Part shown: piece after piece, positions 1 through 13,008 of the stretch
Layout: each line of letters opens with the position of its first letter
Position numbering within the stretch: the stretch's first letter is position 1
Notes under the pieces: model-generated
The model's database searches: none
What the model saw: only the letters and a program-made list of their open reading frames with translations
Told to the model about the DNA's origin: nothing
Position numbers and translations under genes: made by a program
Source: Somniosus microcephalus
Taxonomy: Eukaryota
Assembly: GCA_052327205.1 (NCBI GenBank)
Contig: CM126207.1
Location: 192,634,001 to 192,698,000 of the forward strand
Length of the DNA stretch: 64,000 bases
Reading direction: 5' to 3'

Positions 1-945
1 GACCGAGTGTACTGTAGCCAAATTTATTGTTGATACAAAGATAGGTGGGAAAGCAAGTTGTGAGGAGGACACAAAGAGTCTGCAAAGGGATATAGATAGG
101 TTCAGTGAGTGGGCAAAAATTTGGCAGATGGAGTATAATGTGGGAAAAAGTGAGGTTATCCACTTTGGTAGGAAGAATAGAAAAGCAAAATATTATTTAA
201 ATGAGAGAGACTACAGAATGCTGTGGTACAGAGGGATCTGGGGGTCCTTGTACATGAAACACAAAAAGTTAGCACGCAGGTGCAGCAAGTAATGCAGAAG
301 GCAACTGGAATATTGGCCTTTATTGCAAGGGGGATGGAATATAAAAGTGGGGAAGTCTTGCTACAACTGTACAGGGTATTGGTGAGACCACACCTGGAGT
401 ACTGCATACAGTTTTGGTCTCCTTATTTAAGGTGGGATATACTTGCATTGGAGGCAGTTCAGAGAAGGTTCACTAGGTTGATTCCTGGGATGAAGGGGTT
501 GTCTTATGAGGAAAGGTTAAGCAGGTTGGGCCTATACTCATTGGAGTTTAGAAGAATGAGAGGTGATCTTATTGAAACATATAAGATTCCGAGGGGGATT
601 GACAGGGTGGATGCAGAGAGGATGTTTCCCCTTGTGGGGGATTCTAGAACTAGGGGGCATAGTTTCAGAATAAGGGGTCGCCCATTTAAAACATAGATAA
701 GAAGGAATTTCTTCTTTCAGAGGGTCGTGAATCTTTGGAATTCTCTACCCCAGAGAGCTGGGTCATTGAATATATTCAAGGCTGAGATAGACAGATTTTT
801 GAACTACAGGGGAGTTTAAGGTTATGGGGAACAGGCAGAAGAGTAGAGTTGAGGCCAAGATCAGATCAGCCATGATCTTATTGAATGGCAGAGCAGGCTC
901 GAGGGGCCGAATGGCCTACTCCTGCTCCTATTTCTTAAGTTCTTA
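1..945 (+). mobile_element. CR1 LINE, 3' portion of ORF2 and 3' UTR (decayed)
   Basis: ORF 223-696 has the CR1 C-terminal motifs LVRPHLEYCIQFWSP, LEAVQRRFTRLIPG and RRMRGDLIETYK; CR1-type tail ggccgaatggcctactcctgctccta. Confidence 0.9.
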
Positions 946-1040
946 TGACTACACTTCAAAAGTACTTCATTGACTGTAAAGCGCTTTGGAATGTCCTGAA
1001 GTCGTGAAAGGTGCTATATGAACGCAAGCCTTTTCTTAAT
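946..1040 (+). mobile_element. L2-type SINE/LINE 3' tail fragment
   Basis: aaagcgctttgg...gtcgtgaaaggtgctatatgaacgcaag; the same tail recurs near 12880-12930 and, inverted, near 12965-13008. Confidence 0.6.
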
Positions 1041-2165
1041 GAAGGAGGTGGTAAATTTCGCCATTGAGAACTTTTGATAAATGGGCAGAAATAAGACGAT
1101 AAAGCACTGAGTGAGGCAAGGAAAGAGAGAGGTAAATAGTGTAAATCAAAAGTGAGACAGACACTAAAGCATTGAGGAGAGAGAAAGATGGAATGGACAG
1201 TTAGAGGGTAAGGCAAAGCACTAACAGAAGAATGGGCAGTAAGACTGAATAAATTACTGATAGAGGTACATACAATGAAGATCCAAGATAAAACAGAGAG
1301 AGAAATCCAGATACACGGTAAGGAGCTTAGATATAGTATAGCGTCTGAAGAGTGAGAGAAGTAAAGAGGTGGAGAAATGGAAAGCAAGAAACAGGAGAAA
1401 TCAGAGAGAGGAGTGCGATGAACATTAAGACAAATTAAAGGATTGGAAAAAAAGACAAAAAGATGGACAGTTAGATAGCAAGGTCAGAGATAGTGAGAGG
1501 TGGCAAGGAGACAACATAAAGAAAAAAGAAAGGACTTGCATTTAAGTAGTGCCTTATTACTTCACTCAGAAATGTCTCAAAAATATTTTATAGAGAAGGA
1601 ACCATTTTGAAGTGCAGTTGTTATTATGTAGGCAAACACAGCAACCATTTTGTGCATAACAAGATCCCACAAAAAGAGATAAATCTGTTTTCCTTTTGGT
1701 GATGATGGTTGAGGGAGGAATGTTGGCCAAGACAACTCCTTGGCCTTCTCTGAATAGTGCTACAAGATCTGGAGCATCCACCTGAACAGACAGATCGGGC
1801 CTCGGTTTAACATTTCATCTAACAGTACAGTGTGGCGGAGACCACATAGGGACAATAACACAATTCACAACGTATAGCCAATGTGGTTATATGTACCTAA
1901 ACACAATTCACTATGTATAGCCAATGTTGTTATATGTACGTACTTGGTTGGGTTATCGGGGCAGGGTCCCTTTAAGAGCGTCGGTAGTGTGATGACGTCA
2001 TAGCCCTGCAACGAGGCTGAGACCCTCAGTCCTCATGGAGAATGAATAAAGTAACACGCGTTTTGCCTTTGTTGCAACAAAAGTCTCAGAGCCTGTTGAT
2101 TTCTAGCGACTCCAACATTGGTGACCCTGCTGCTCTTTTGGACGATTCCAAAGACCGCATCCGAA

Positions 2166-2969
2166 ATGGCGACGAACGCCGTTTCCATCAAATTACCCGA
2201 GTTTTGGGAACGACAGGCTGTCGCTTGGTTCGCCCAGGCCGAGGCTCAATTTGCACTCCAGGACATCACCGCGGACGACACGAGGTACTACTACGTCGTC
2301 TCTGCTCTCGGCAGCTCCACCGCGGCCAGAGTCGTGAGCCTGCTCGAGAACCCCCCAGAGCTCAACAAATTCGAAACGCTGAAAACACACCTCTTAGAAA
2401 CTTTTGGACTCACCGAAGCCGAGCGCGCACGCCGGCTTCTCTCTCTACCCGGGCTTGGCGACTCCAAGCCCTCGGAGCTGATGGACCACATGCTGGCCCT
2501 CCTGGGCACACACAGGCCGTGCTTCCTCTTCAAGGAACTGTTCCTTCAACAGCTGCCAGGTCAGGTACGGTTGGCTTTAGCCAACTCTTCCATTACTGAT
2601 TTCCACGACCTGGCCAAGGAGGCCGACAAATTTTTCTCCGCCGGGCAACAGTACTGCGCGGCCATGCGGAGCCCTGCCCCCACTGATACAGCCCAATGGC
2701 GGCAGCCCCCAAGCCTCTGCTTCTACCACGCGCAATTCAGCCCCAAAGCCAGGAAATGCCGGCCCCCGTGCAGTTTTCCCGCGTCGAAACAAACGAAAGA
2801 CCACTCGTCGGCTGCTATGGCTGGCGGCCGACCAGGCCTCCGACCCGGACGTCCAGGCCTACAGGACGGCGGTCATGGGCCTTCAACTAGCGGACGTCGC
2901 GTTCGACGATGCTGGCACCACACTCCTGTGCGACGTCTCTGTTGGGCAGCCACGTCCCGTCGTGCCTGA
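2166..2969 (+). CDS. Gypsy Gag-like protein
   Basis: MATNAVSIKLPEFW...WFAQAEAQF...LGDSKPSELM...CFYHAQF...C...PC; typical Gypsy gag; reads past the deletion junction near 2810. Confidence 0.8.
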   Translation: MATNAVSIKLPEFWERQAVAWFAQAEAQFALQDITADDTRYYYVVSALGSSTAARVVSLLENPPELNKFETLKTHLLETFGLTEAERARRLLSLPGLGDSKPSELMDHMLALLGTHRPCFLFKELFLQQLPGQVRLALANSSITDFHDLAKEADKFFSAGQQYCAAMRSPAPTDTAQWRQPPSLCFYHAQFSPKARKCRPPCSFPASKQTKDHSSAAMAGGRPGLRPGRPGLQDGGHGPSTSGRRVRRCWHHTPVRRLCWAATSRRA

Positions 2970-4179
2970 TGGGTGGAGACGGCAAGTTTTCGACGCCGTC
3001 CATAATCTTTCCCACCCGGGCAGGAAGCCGTCACAGAAGCTGGTGGCAGCTAAGTTCGTCTGGCATGGGCTCAGGAAGGACGTTCGCGACTGGGCCAGCA
3101 CCTGCGTGGTATGCCAACGCTCGAAAGTGCATCGCCATACTAAGGCCCCGTTGGCGCCTTTCGCGGTGCCCAAGAGGCGGTTCGACCATGTTAACGTGGA
3201 CCTGGTGGGGTCCCTGCCGCCCTCCCGCGGGTTCACCCACCTCCTCACAATGGTCGACAGAACCACCCGATGGCCGGAAGCCGTCCCGCTGTCGTCAACA
3301 ACGTCTGCCGATGTGGCTCGGGCGTTCATCAGCACTTGGGTCGCCTGGTTCGGCGCCCCATCTGACATTTCCTCCGACCGGGGGCCCCAGTTCACGTCGG
3401 AGCTCTGGAACGCTGTCGCCCGTGGCCGCGGGTTGAGAGTCCACCGCACCACAGCATACCACGCTCAGGCTAACGGACTGTGCGAACGGTTTCATCGCTC
3501 CATGAAGGCCGTGCTCCGGGCCAGCCTCCAGGACGACAGTTGGATCGACAGACTCCCGTGGGTCATGCTGGGACTCAGGACCGCCCCCAAGGAGGACCTC
3601 CAGTCATCCTCCACCGAGCTCGTCTACGGACAGCCGTTGCGGGTTCGCGGGGATTTCGTCCCCAACGCAACGGAACCTTGGTCTGCAGCCCATCAGCGGT
3701 CCGCCCTTCTGGATAACACCAAGGTTTTCGCGCCGGTGCCCACGTCGCAGTACGGCCTCCCGCAGTCCCACGTTCCGCTCGACCTTCGTGCGGCAGAGTA
3801 CGTTTTCGTCCATCACGACGCCCACCGGGGACCTCTTCAGCCACCCTACAATGGACCATTCCGCGTCCTGGAAACCGGGGACTAGACCTTCGTAGTGGAT
3901 GTCGGCGGTAAGCCGGACTACATTTCCGTGGACCGTCTTAAGCTGGCCCACCTGGATCTGGACCGACCTGTTGAGTTGGCACAGCCCCTGAGGCGGGGCC
4001 GACCTCCGGTTTCTGCACCCTCAGTCCACCACCGAGCGCCCGAAGTCCCACCGACGAACCCCCCGGTCCCTGCCCCGGAATTGAGGAGCCGTTCCGACCG
4101 CGTGATCCGGTCCCCCCAACGACTGACATTGCCAGTGCTAGTGAATTCTGGGGGGATGTATGTGGCGGAGACCACATAG
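2875..4179 (+). pseudogene. Gypsy integrase (HHCC + DDE core + GPF), stop at 3883-3885
   Basis: HNLSHPG...CVVC, VNVDLVG, SDRGPQFTS, NGLCERFHR, PPYNGPF; C-terminal part continues in ORF 3895-4179. Confidence 0.88.
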
Positions 4180-5574
4180 GGACAATAACACAATTCACAA
4201 TGTATAGCCAATGTGGTTATATGTACCTAAACACAATTCACTATGTATAGCCAATGTTGTTATATGTACGTACTTGGTTGGATTATCGGGGCAGGGTCCC
4301 TTTAAGAGCGTCGGTAGCGTGATGACGTCATGCGTCGGTAGCGTGATGACATCATAGCCCTGCAACGAGGCTGAGAACCTCAGTCCTCATGGAGAGTGAA
4401 TAAAGTAACACGCGTTTTGCCTTTGCTGCAACAAAAGTCTCAGAGCCTGTTGATTTCTAGCGACTCCAACAACAGCCTAGATTATGCGTTCAAGATTGGG
4501 AGTGGGACTAACAACTGAGCCCCACTCCAGATCTGGAAGATAAAGCAGAGATGGAGAGTAAGGACAAAAGGGAAGACTTCAAGTGAGAAGAGAATGCTCA
4601 GTAAGAGGTTTAGACAAAAATAAAGAGCAGTAGAATCTACTTATCCTGCACCTGCTTTACCAGGGTGACACACATTTGTACTCCATCTGCCATATGAGTG
4701 CACTACACACACTCTAACTGCTGCTGTCATCCTGCAGAACACCCATGATTTTTTTTCCAATCAAGTGAGCATAGTATCACAGGAGATGGATTTTTTTTTT
4801 ACACATACCATCGTTCTTATTAAGTTACCCAGAATTCTTAACTGGGAAGAGACGCCATGGCAACTCAGAAGGCCTAAATATACATACTCTGACCACAGAG
4901 AAGATCACAACGGAGAGAACACCACAGGAAAAATTATGACAAATATAATAAAAGGATTGTTTTCATTGCCTGAGTTCAGTTTCCCTTTCAAATTGCACGA
5001 CTCATCTCACCGCCTCTGCTACTTTCACTGACTGAATTCTCCAATTTGACAGTCGACAATGTCATTCCCACGGTCTATTGCTCATGTTACTTTTATTTTC
5101 TTTTTGTGGTCACCGCCTCGTGACCTCGAGGCTACCTCTTGTCACCAAGTGCACTCGGAAATCACAGCCAGTGCAGACATTCACTTCAGAGCCTCAGGTG
5201 CCAGACTAAGGAAAGCCACAAAAGTACATGGGTCAAAGATTTACTGATTAAATGTCATGCTTGACCATTAAATGAAACCAGGCATCTGACCCAGTTCCCA
5301 GCAGCTGCTGATGTTTGACCCTGTTATATTGCTGTCAGTTTTTGGTATATATGAGCTTTCCCACATCTGATCCCAACAGGAGTAATAATATCCCTCCCCT
5401 TCACACCCTGTATTGCAATCCTGCCAATAAAAGGCACTGTACAAATTGCCTGGATTACCATTCGCTCTTGTGTCCAATGTCTTTTTTTTTTCTTTGAAGC
5501 ACTGCAGCCGAGTCCCAGGCTGACACACCATCCAGTGCTCACAGCAGAGGAGAGGCTTGAATATGTTGTGCTAA

Positions 5575-6170
5575 ATCATAGAATGATACCGCACAGAATG
5601 AGGCCATTCGGCCCATCGTGCCTGTGCCAGCTCTTTGAAAAAGCTATCCAATTAGTCCCACTCCCCTGCTCTTTCCTCCCCATAGCCTTGCAAATTTTTC
5701 CTTTTCATGTATTTATCCAGTTCCCGTTGGAAAGTTATTGTTGAATCTGCTTCCACCACCCTTTCAGGCAAGTGCATTCCAGATCATAACTCACCGCATA
5801 AAAAAATTCTCCCCTCTGGTTCTTTTACCAATTATCTTAAATCTGTGTCCTCTGGTTACTGATCCTTCTGCCACTGGAAACCGTTGCTCCTTACTTACTA
5901 TCAAAACCATTCATGACTTTGAACACCTCGATCAAAACTCTTCATAACCTTCTCTGCTCTAAGGAGAATAACCCCGGCTTCTCCAGTCTCTCCGTGTAAC
6001 TGAAGTTGTTCATCCCTGGTACCATTCAAGTAAATCTATTCTGCACCCTCTCGAAGGCCTTGACATCCTTCATAAATTGTGGTACCTAGAATTGGACACA
6101 ATACTCCAGCTGAGGCCTAAGCAGTGATTTATAAAGGTTCAGTGTAACTTCCTTGCTTTGTACTCTATGG
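5575..6170 (-). mobile_element. CR1 LINE 3' fragment
   Basis: Reverse-complement CR1 tail (aatcatagaat...gaggccattcggcccatc) followed by decayed ORF2 C-terminus. Confidence 0.75.
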
Positions 6171-6329
6171 GGTCGATATTAACCTTCTGCTGATTGCAGC
6201 CTTGCATCGCTGCCGCAATTAGCCGATCCCCCCAACCCCCGATCTCTGCCCTGGCCTGCAACCCCCCCCCCCCCCCCCCACACACACCAACCCCTAATCT
6301 TTCCCTCGCCTTTGCTGGGCTCCAACCCA

Positions 6330-7812
6330 CTTTAATCCCCGATCTCTCCCAATTGCCTCCCTCATCTCCAACAACAAATGCGAGGAGCTCATGGACTCCT
6401 CTGTCACTAAGATTGAGACCATCCGTTCAGCTGCCTCTGCCGCTTCCCTCCCTTCCCCTAGCCCGCCAGGCCAAACTTCCCCCGCCCCACCCCCTGCTGC
6501 CCTAGCCCTGAACTCGCACCTTTCTCGAGTTTCTCTCCTATCTACCCTCATGCCTTCTCTGAGCTCATCTTGTCCATGAGGCCCACTTCCTGCTTCCTCA
6601 ACCCTATTCCCACCTAACTGCTGACCACCCAACTTCCCTCCCTGGCCCACATGTTAGCTGATATTGTCACAAATGACATCCTCTGTGACTGTGGAAAACT
6701 TTCCCTGCTCACCCTTCTCCACTTGCCTGTAGCCTTTGACACGGTTGACCACTCTATTCTCCAACACCTCTGCTCCATTGTCCAGCTGGGTGGGACTGCA
6801 CTCTCCTGGTTCCATTCTTATCTATCCAGTTGTAGTCAGAGAATCACCTGCAGTGGCTTCTCTTCCTGCTCCCGCACCGTTAATTCTGTAGTCCCCCAAG
6901 GATCTATCCATGGCCCCCTCCTATTTCTCATCTACATGCTGCCCCTTGGCGACATCATCTGAAAACACAACATAAGGTTCCACATGTACACTGACGATAC
7001 CCAGCTCTACTTCATCACCACCTCTCTCGACCCCGCCACTGTCTCTGATTTGTCACATTGTCCAACATCCAGTATTGGATGAGCAGAAATTTCTTCCAAC
7101 TAAATATTGGGAAGACGAACCATGGTCTTAAGTTCCCGTCACAAACTCCGTTCCCTAGCCACCGACTCCATCCCTCTCCCTGGTCATTGTCTGAGGCTGA
7201 ACTAGACTGTTCACAACCGGATTGTTCAAATTTGACTCTGAGCTGAGCTTCCGACTACACATCTGCTCCATCACTTCCACCTCCGTAACATCGCCCCTCT
7301 CCGCCCCGCCTCAGCTCATTTGCTGCTGAAACCCTCATCTGTGCCTTTGTTACCTCCAGACTTGACTATTCCAATGCACTCCTGGCCGGCCTCCCATCTT
7401 CCACCCTCCATAAACTGAAACTCATCCAAAACTCTGCTGCCCGTATCCTTACTCACACCAAATCCTATTCACCCATCACCCCTGTGCTCGCTGACCTACA
7501 TTGGCTACCGGTCCAACAACGCCTCAATTTTAAAAATCTCATCCTTGTTTTCAAATCCATCCATGGCCTCGGCCCTCCCTATCTCTGTAATCTCCTTCAG
7601 CCCTACAACCCTCCGAGATATCTGCGCTCCTCTAATTCTGGCCTCTTGCCCAGCCCCAATTTTAATCAATCCACCATTGGTGGCTGAGTCTTCAGCTGCC
7701 TCAGCCCGAAGCTCTGGTATTCTCTCCCTAACCCTCTCCATCTCTCTACATCTCTCAACCTCCTTTAAGATGCTCCTTAAAACCTACCTCTTCGAACAAG
7801 CTTTTGATCACC
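6330..7812 (+). mobile_element. L2 LINE (decayed RT), interrupted by a Gypsy insertion; resumes at 12833-12940
   Basis: AFDTVDHSIL, VPQGSIHGPLLFLIYM and LADLHWLPVQQRLNFK L2 motifs; 3' tail resumes after the TSD. Confidence 0.85.
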
Positions 7813-10800
7813 TGTTGCGTATGTACCTTTAAGAGAATAACTGGTCTCAGACTGCAGTATAAAAGGCGCTAGTGAGCCTCTGTTGTTTTCAGTTTCACTA
7901 TTGACTTCCATCAGTAAAGACGTGTTTTGTTCAACTCCTGCTGTCCGTGTCTCAATCATTCACGGACGTAATACTGGCGACGAGCAGATACGAACCTACC
8001 TACAGTCTGCACCACCTCCTGGGATCCATTCCTACAGCGAAGTGAGCAGAGGTCGAGGCCAGAAAGAAAAGAAAGTAAGAGGCAGTAGAAACGGGCGTCG
8101 ACCGTGGGCATCCGCCCTGTGTTGTGGAGTTGAAGATTGCTGGAGAAGCTGTCGGAAGCGGGGCCTGGTTCCTGTCGACGGTGCTTCAGCTAATCGGGCT
8201 GGTGGCAGGTAGTGCACTGATCCTTCCTGGGCTGCGGCGGTCGCGAACTCGAGCGGGTGGTTTGCAACGGGGCCGAGCAGCGTTGTCGGGAAGAGAGAGA
8301 GAGGGTGGAGCACACAGGGCGCGGCCGGTGCTACGAAGCCGGGCTGCGTATAGACCCGCGAAGAGGGAGGCAAGAGTCCCACAGGGTTGTTCCACAACGG
8401 GAAAATAATAAAAAAAAGAAATATTAAACGCGCAAGAAACCGCGAGGAGCTGCAGGTTGCAACGGGAACCACGGAAAGCAGCGCTAACAACAGCGGGGAA
8501 GAAGGCAAAGCACGGGAGGCGCCATTTTGTTAAATCGGGGAAGAAGGCAAAGCGCGGGAGGCGCCATTTTAGATTTGCAAGATGCCGAAGACTGGCTGTA
8601 TCACTGCTTTTGATAATACAATAGAGACTGGACCATGTATGTGGAAAGAGTCGAGGTATATTTCGAGGCAAACGAAATAGCGGAGGAGAAAAAGGCATCG
8701 ATATTGCTAAACTTAATGGGCGCTAGAACGTACGGCCTATTGCGGGACCTGATTACTCCAGCCAAACCGAAGGCGAAGAGTTTTAACGAAATTGTTGCTG
8801 TCCTACAGGAACACCTAAACCCTGCACCGCTGTTGATAGCAGAAAGATTTAAATTCCACAGGAGAACTCAGCATAAAGATGAGAGCAATGCTGAGTACCT
8901 TACGGAACTACACAAGCTATCAAAGCACTGCCAGTTCGGAGCAAGACTGGCAGATACCCTACGGGACAAATTTGTCTGTGGACTCCTGAGTGAAGGAACA
9001 CAGAAGAAGTTACTCTCAGAGAAAGAGCTGACGCTAGATAAGGCTTTCAGCGTGGCAGTATCGTATGAAGCAGCAGCCAGGGGAGCTGCAGAAATTCAAC
9101 AAAAACCACAGGAATACGGCACCCACGAAATGACACGGGGATTTGCAAAATGTTATCGCTGCGGCAGAACTAACCATGACCAGAAGGACTGCTGGTCCAA
9201 AGACAAAATATGCAGGCAATGCGGGAAGCTGGGACACATTGCACGAGTTTGCAGGTCTGGGAAGAAGACCAGCGACAACAAAAAGGCTACTAAGGAACCG
9301 TACAAGAAAGTACAAAAGATGACGGACAGTACTTCCGAAGACCAGATGAGCGATAGTGAATCCGGGAACAGGAGACTAAGCTGTCTCAAACTTCACAATG
9401 TAATCGCAAAAGAGGATCACCGAACCATTTGGGTCACCCTCACGATAGCAGGGTCCCAAGTTAAAATGGAATTGGATACAGGATCAGCGCTAACCGTCAT
9501 GAATCGACGAGACTACGAGCGGCTATTTTCACACATACCCTTGAGAGAGACATCCATCGTCTTGGCGACGTATACGGGGCAAAAAGTATACCCCAGAGGA
9601 AAAATAAGGGTGCCTGTCGAATACAACGGCAAGAAAATACGGAAATTGTATCTCTACATACTGCCAAATGGTGGACCACCGTTATTGGGACGGGAATGGA
9701 TCAGGAAGATAAACTTAAATTGGCACTCCATTCATGCAATGACGGTGGACGGTAAAAAAGATGAAGACGTCACTCCTGGACGATTGTCAACAATCTTAGC
9801 TAACGCCAAGGAGGTATTTCAACAAGAACTGGGCATGCTTAAAGGCGTAACCGCCTCAATAAAAATTGAAGAGAATGCAGTTCCCAAGTTTTTCAAAGCA
9901 AGACCGGTACCATATGCAATTCGCCCAGCCGTCGAGGCAGAGCTGGAGAATCTGGAGAAGGCAGGCGTGTTGTCTAAGGTCGACTGGAGCGAGTGGGCGA
10001 CACCCATCGTTCCTGTCATGAAGAAAACGTTAAGCAATAAGTCCGGGGAGCCAAGGAAGATTCGCATCTGTGGGGATTTCAAGGTGACGGTGAACCCAGT
10101 CCTTCACACAGTACAATATCCTCTTCCAAGGATAGAAGACATCTTCGCCTCACTGTCTGGAGGGAAGCGTTTTACAAAAATTGACCTAGCACAAGCATAT
10201 TTGCAGATGGAGGTTGAAGAGTCCTTTAGGAAGTATCTCACGATAAACACTCACAAAGGTCTTTACCAGTATCATCGATTGGTATTCGGAGTAGCATCGG
10301 CTCCGGCGATATGGCAAAGAGCGATGGAACAAGTCCTGCAAGGGATTCCGGGGACTCAGTGTTACTTGGACGACATCCTTGTGACAGGTGAAGATGACAG
10401 TGAACACCTTAACAACCTAGAACAGGTGCTCACTAGACTACGGGAACATGGGCTGCGAGCCAACCGCCCCAAGTGCGAATTTTTTAAGAAACAGATATCG
10501 TATTGTGGCCACGTGATTGATGAAGAGGGGTTACATAAGTCCCCTGACAAAATTGAAGCGGTTGTTAAGGCCCCAGCGCCTGAAAATGTGTCGCAACTGA
10601 GGTCATTCCTCGGATTGGTGAATTACTACCATAAGTTTTGGCCGAATTTGTCAACAATCCTGCACCCACTGAACGCCCTGCTACGAACGGGGGTAGCATG
10701 GAAATGGAGCGATGATTGTAAGCGGGCCTTTCAGAAGAGTAAGGACTTAATCACGTCAAGGGAAGTATTGGCTCACTACAACCCAGCACTGCCGATCAGA

Positions 10801-12832
10801 CTGGCGTGTGATGCATCTCCCTACGGCATTGGGGCGGTACTGTCACATAAATTCCTTGATGGGTTAGAGAGGCTGATAGCTTTTGCGTCACGGTCGTTAA
10901 CTTCTGCCGAGAGTAACTACGCCCAGATTGACAGAGGCCCTCAGCCTAGTGTGGGGGGGGGGGCGGGGGGGAAGAAGTTCAATCACTACCTGCACGGTCA
11001 AAAATTTACTCTACTAACCGATCATCAACCTCGTCTCCATTTTCAACCCTCAGAAGGGCATACCGATAATGACAGCACAACGGCTGCAGAGGTGGTCCCT
11101 TTTCCTAGGGGCACACCAATATGACATCGAGTACATAGGAACTAAACAGCATGGAAATGCTGATGGATTGTCACGCCTACCGTTGCCGACGGTGGAAGAA
11201 GACGACCTTGCAGTGGATCCAATGGAGTTATTCCACTCGACCATAGTCGAATGTCTCCCTGTGACGAATGCAAACATAGAAAAGGAAACACGGAATGACC
11301 CGACACTATCACGGATCTATGATTTAACGGTGAAGGGATGGCCAGCACATGGCGAAACACTGCTGCCAGCATTCTCGCCGAGAAGAGAACAGCTGTCAGT
11401 GTGCAGCGGAACCTTGATGTGTGGATCCAGAGTAGTAATGCCACCTAAGTTGACGGATAGAGTGCTCAATGAGCTTCATGAGGGTCATCTGGGTGGGGTA
11501 AAAATGAAGAACTTAGCCAGAGCGTTTGTGGGGTGGCCGGGAATCGATAGAGAAATCGAAGAGATGACCAAGAGCTGTGCAGGATGCCACAAGGTCCAAA
11601 ACGCCCCACCACAAGCTCCTCTGCATCCATGGGAGTGGCCCTCATCTCCATGGCAAAGGGTGCACATTGATTTTGCTGGTCCCTTCATGGACTCGATGTT
11701 TTTAATTGCGGTGGATGCACAAAGTGGCCAGAGGTAATAAAAATGTCCTCAACCACCACGGAAAAAACTATCACAGTTTTACGAACCATATTCACCAGGA
11801 ATGGGCTGCCTGAACAGATTTGCTCTGACAATGGACCACAGTTTGTGTCTGAAGAGTTCCGGAGGTTCTTAAAGAACAATGGTGTTAAGCATTACACATC
11901 TGCCCCATATCATCCAGCCACTAATGGATTGGCCGAGAGGTTTGTCCAAACATTCAAGGCGGCTATCAAGGAAATGTGTAATGAAGATATACCCCTACAA
12001 CACAAGGTGGACAACTTCTTGTTTGCCTACCGGAATGCAACACATGCGGTTACCAACCAAACTCCAGCCATGATGTTCTTCAATCGAAGACTACGATGCC
12101 GCTTGGATTTGGTTAAGCCAAACGTCCGAAGAGATGTGGAGAACAGGCAGTTTCAGAATATGATGAAAGGCCGACCAGGAGTTTTAAGATAGGTCAACCA
12201 GTTTTGGCCCGGGACTACCGCACTGAGAAATGGCAGCCAGGAACGATTTGTACACGACAAGGACCTCTCATGTATACCGTGGACGTTGGGGAGAGCATTG
12301 TAAGACGCCATGCTGACCAGATTCTAGAGTCACTGGAAAACGTCAACTCCACACCACGATCTGATACACCTGGTAATGAAATCGACGTTCCAATTGCAGC
12401 TACCGCAGAACCGGTAATATTGGAAGCAGATGAACCAAACAACGACATTGATCCCGACTCAACATTGCCAGAAGAACCTGATACCCCAAAGAGGCGTTAT
12501 CCAGACAGAATCAGGAAGCCTCCTCAAAGACTGAACTTATAATTGCTTAAACTTAACCAATGTATCTAGCAACCGTAATTGTGATTGTAATTAGTTATCA
12601 TTTAGTTGTTAAATGAATGTTATGTACTGTTCATCTAAAAGGGGAGGAATTGTTGTGTATGTACCTTTAAGAGAATAACTGGTCTCAGACTGCAGTACCG
12701 GCAGTGACCACCCCTGTATAAAAGGCGCTAGTGAGCCACTGTTGTTTTCAGTTTCACTATTGACTTCCATCAGTAAAGACGTGTTTTGTTCAACTCCTGC
12801 TGTCCGTGTCTCAATCATTCACGGACGTAATA
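7813..12832 (+). mobile_element. Full-length Gypsy LTR retrotransposon (Mag-like), frameshifted
   Basis: LTRs 7813-7973 and 12651-12832; 5-bp TSD TCACC; PBS TGGCGACGAG (complementary to tRNA-Ser(GCU) 3' end); PPT AAAAGGGGAGGAA. Confidence 0.95.
8582..12542 (+). pseudogene. gag-pol (2x CCHC, protease DTG, RT YLDD, RNase H, integrase) with several frameshifts
   Basis: ATG at 8582 (MPKTG...) is frameshifted into ORF 8635-11124; continues in ORFs 11069-11737, 11743-12192 and 12204-12542 (HEGHLG...CAGC, HIDFAGP, SDNGPQF, NGLAERFV). Confidence 0.93.
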
Positions 12833-13008
12833 TCACCTGTGTGACCTGATGTCAAATTGTGTTTGAGTACGCTCCTGTGAAGCGCCCTGAGACATTTTAC
12901 TACGTTAAAGGCGCTATATAAATGCAAGTTGTTGTTGTTATCAACTTGTCCTGCCACTTTCAAAGAAAAAAGATCTGCTTTATATAGCGCCTTTCACGAC
13001 CTCAGGAT

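Larger units (their letters stand above)
1831..4471 (+). mobile_element. Internally deleted Gypsy LTR retrotransposon (gag + integrase only)
   Basis: TG...CA LTRs at 1831-2117 and 4161-4471; 4-bp TSD ACAG; TGGTGACCC after the 5' LTR (complementary to tRNA-Trp 3' end); G-rich tract before the 3' LTR. Confidence 0.93.

Noticed and set aside
956-1530. 143-aa minus-strand hydrophobic ORF
   Set aside because: Arises from AG-rich low-complexity sequence; no homology recognised
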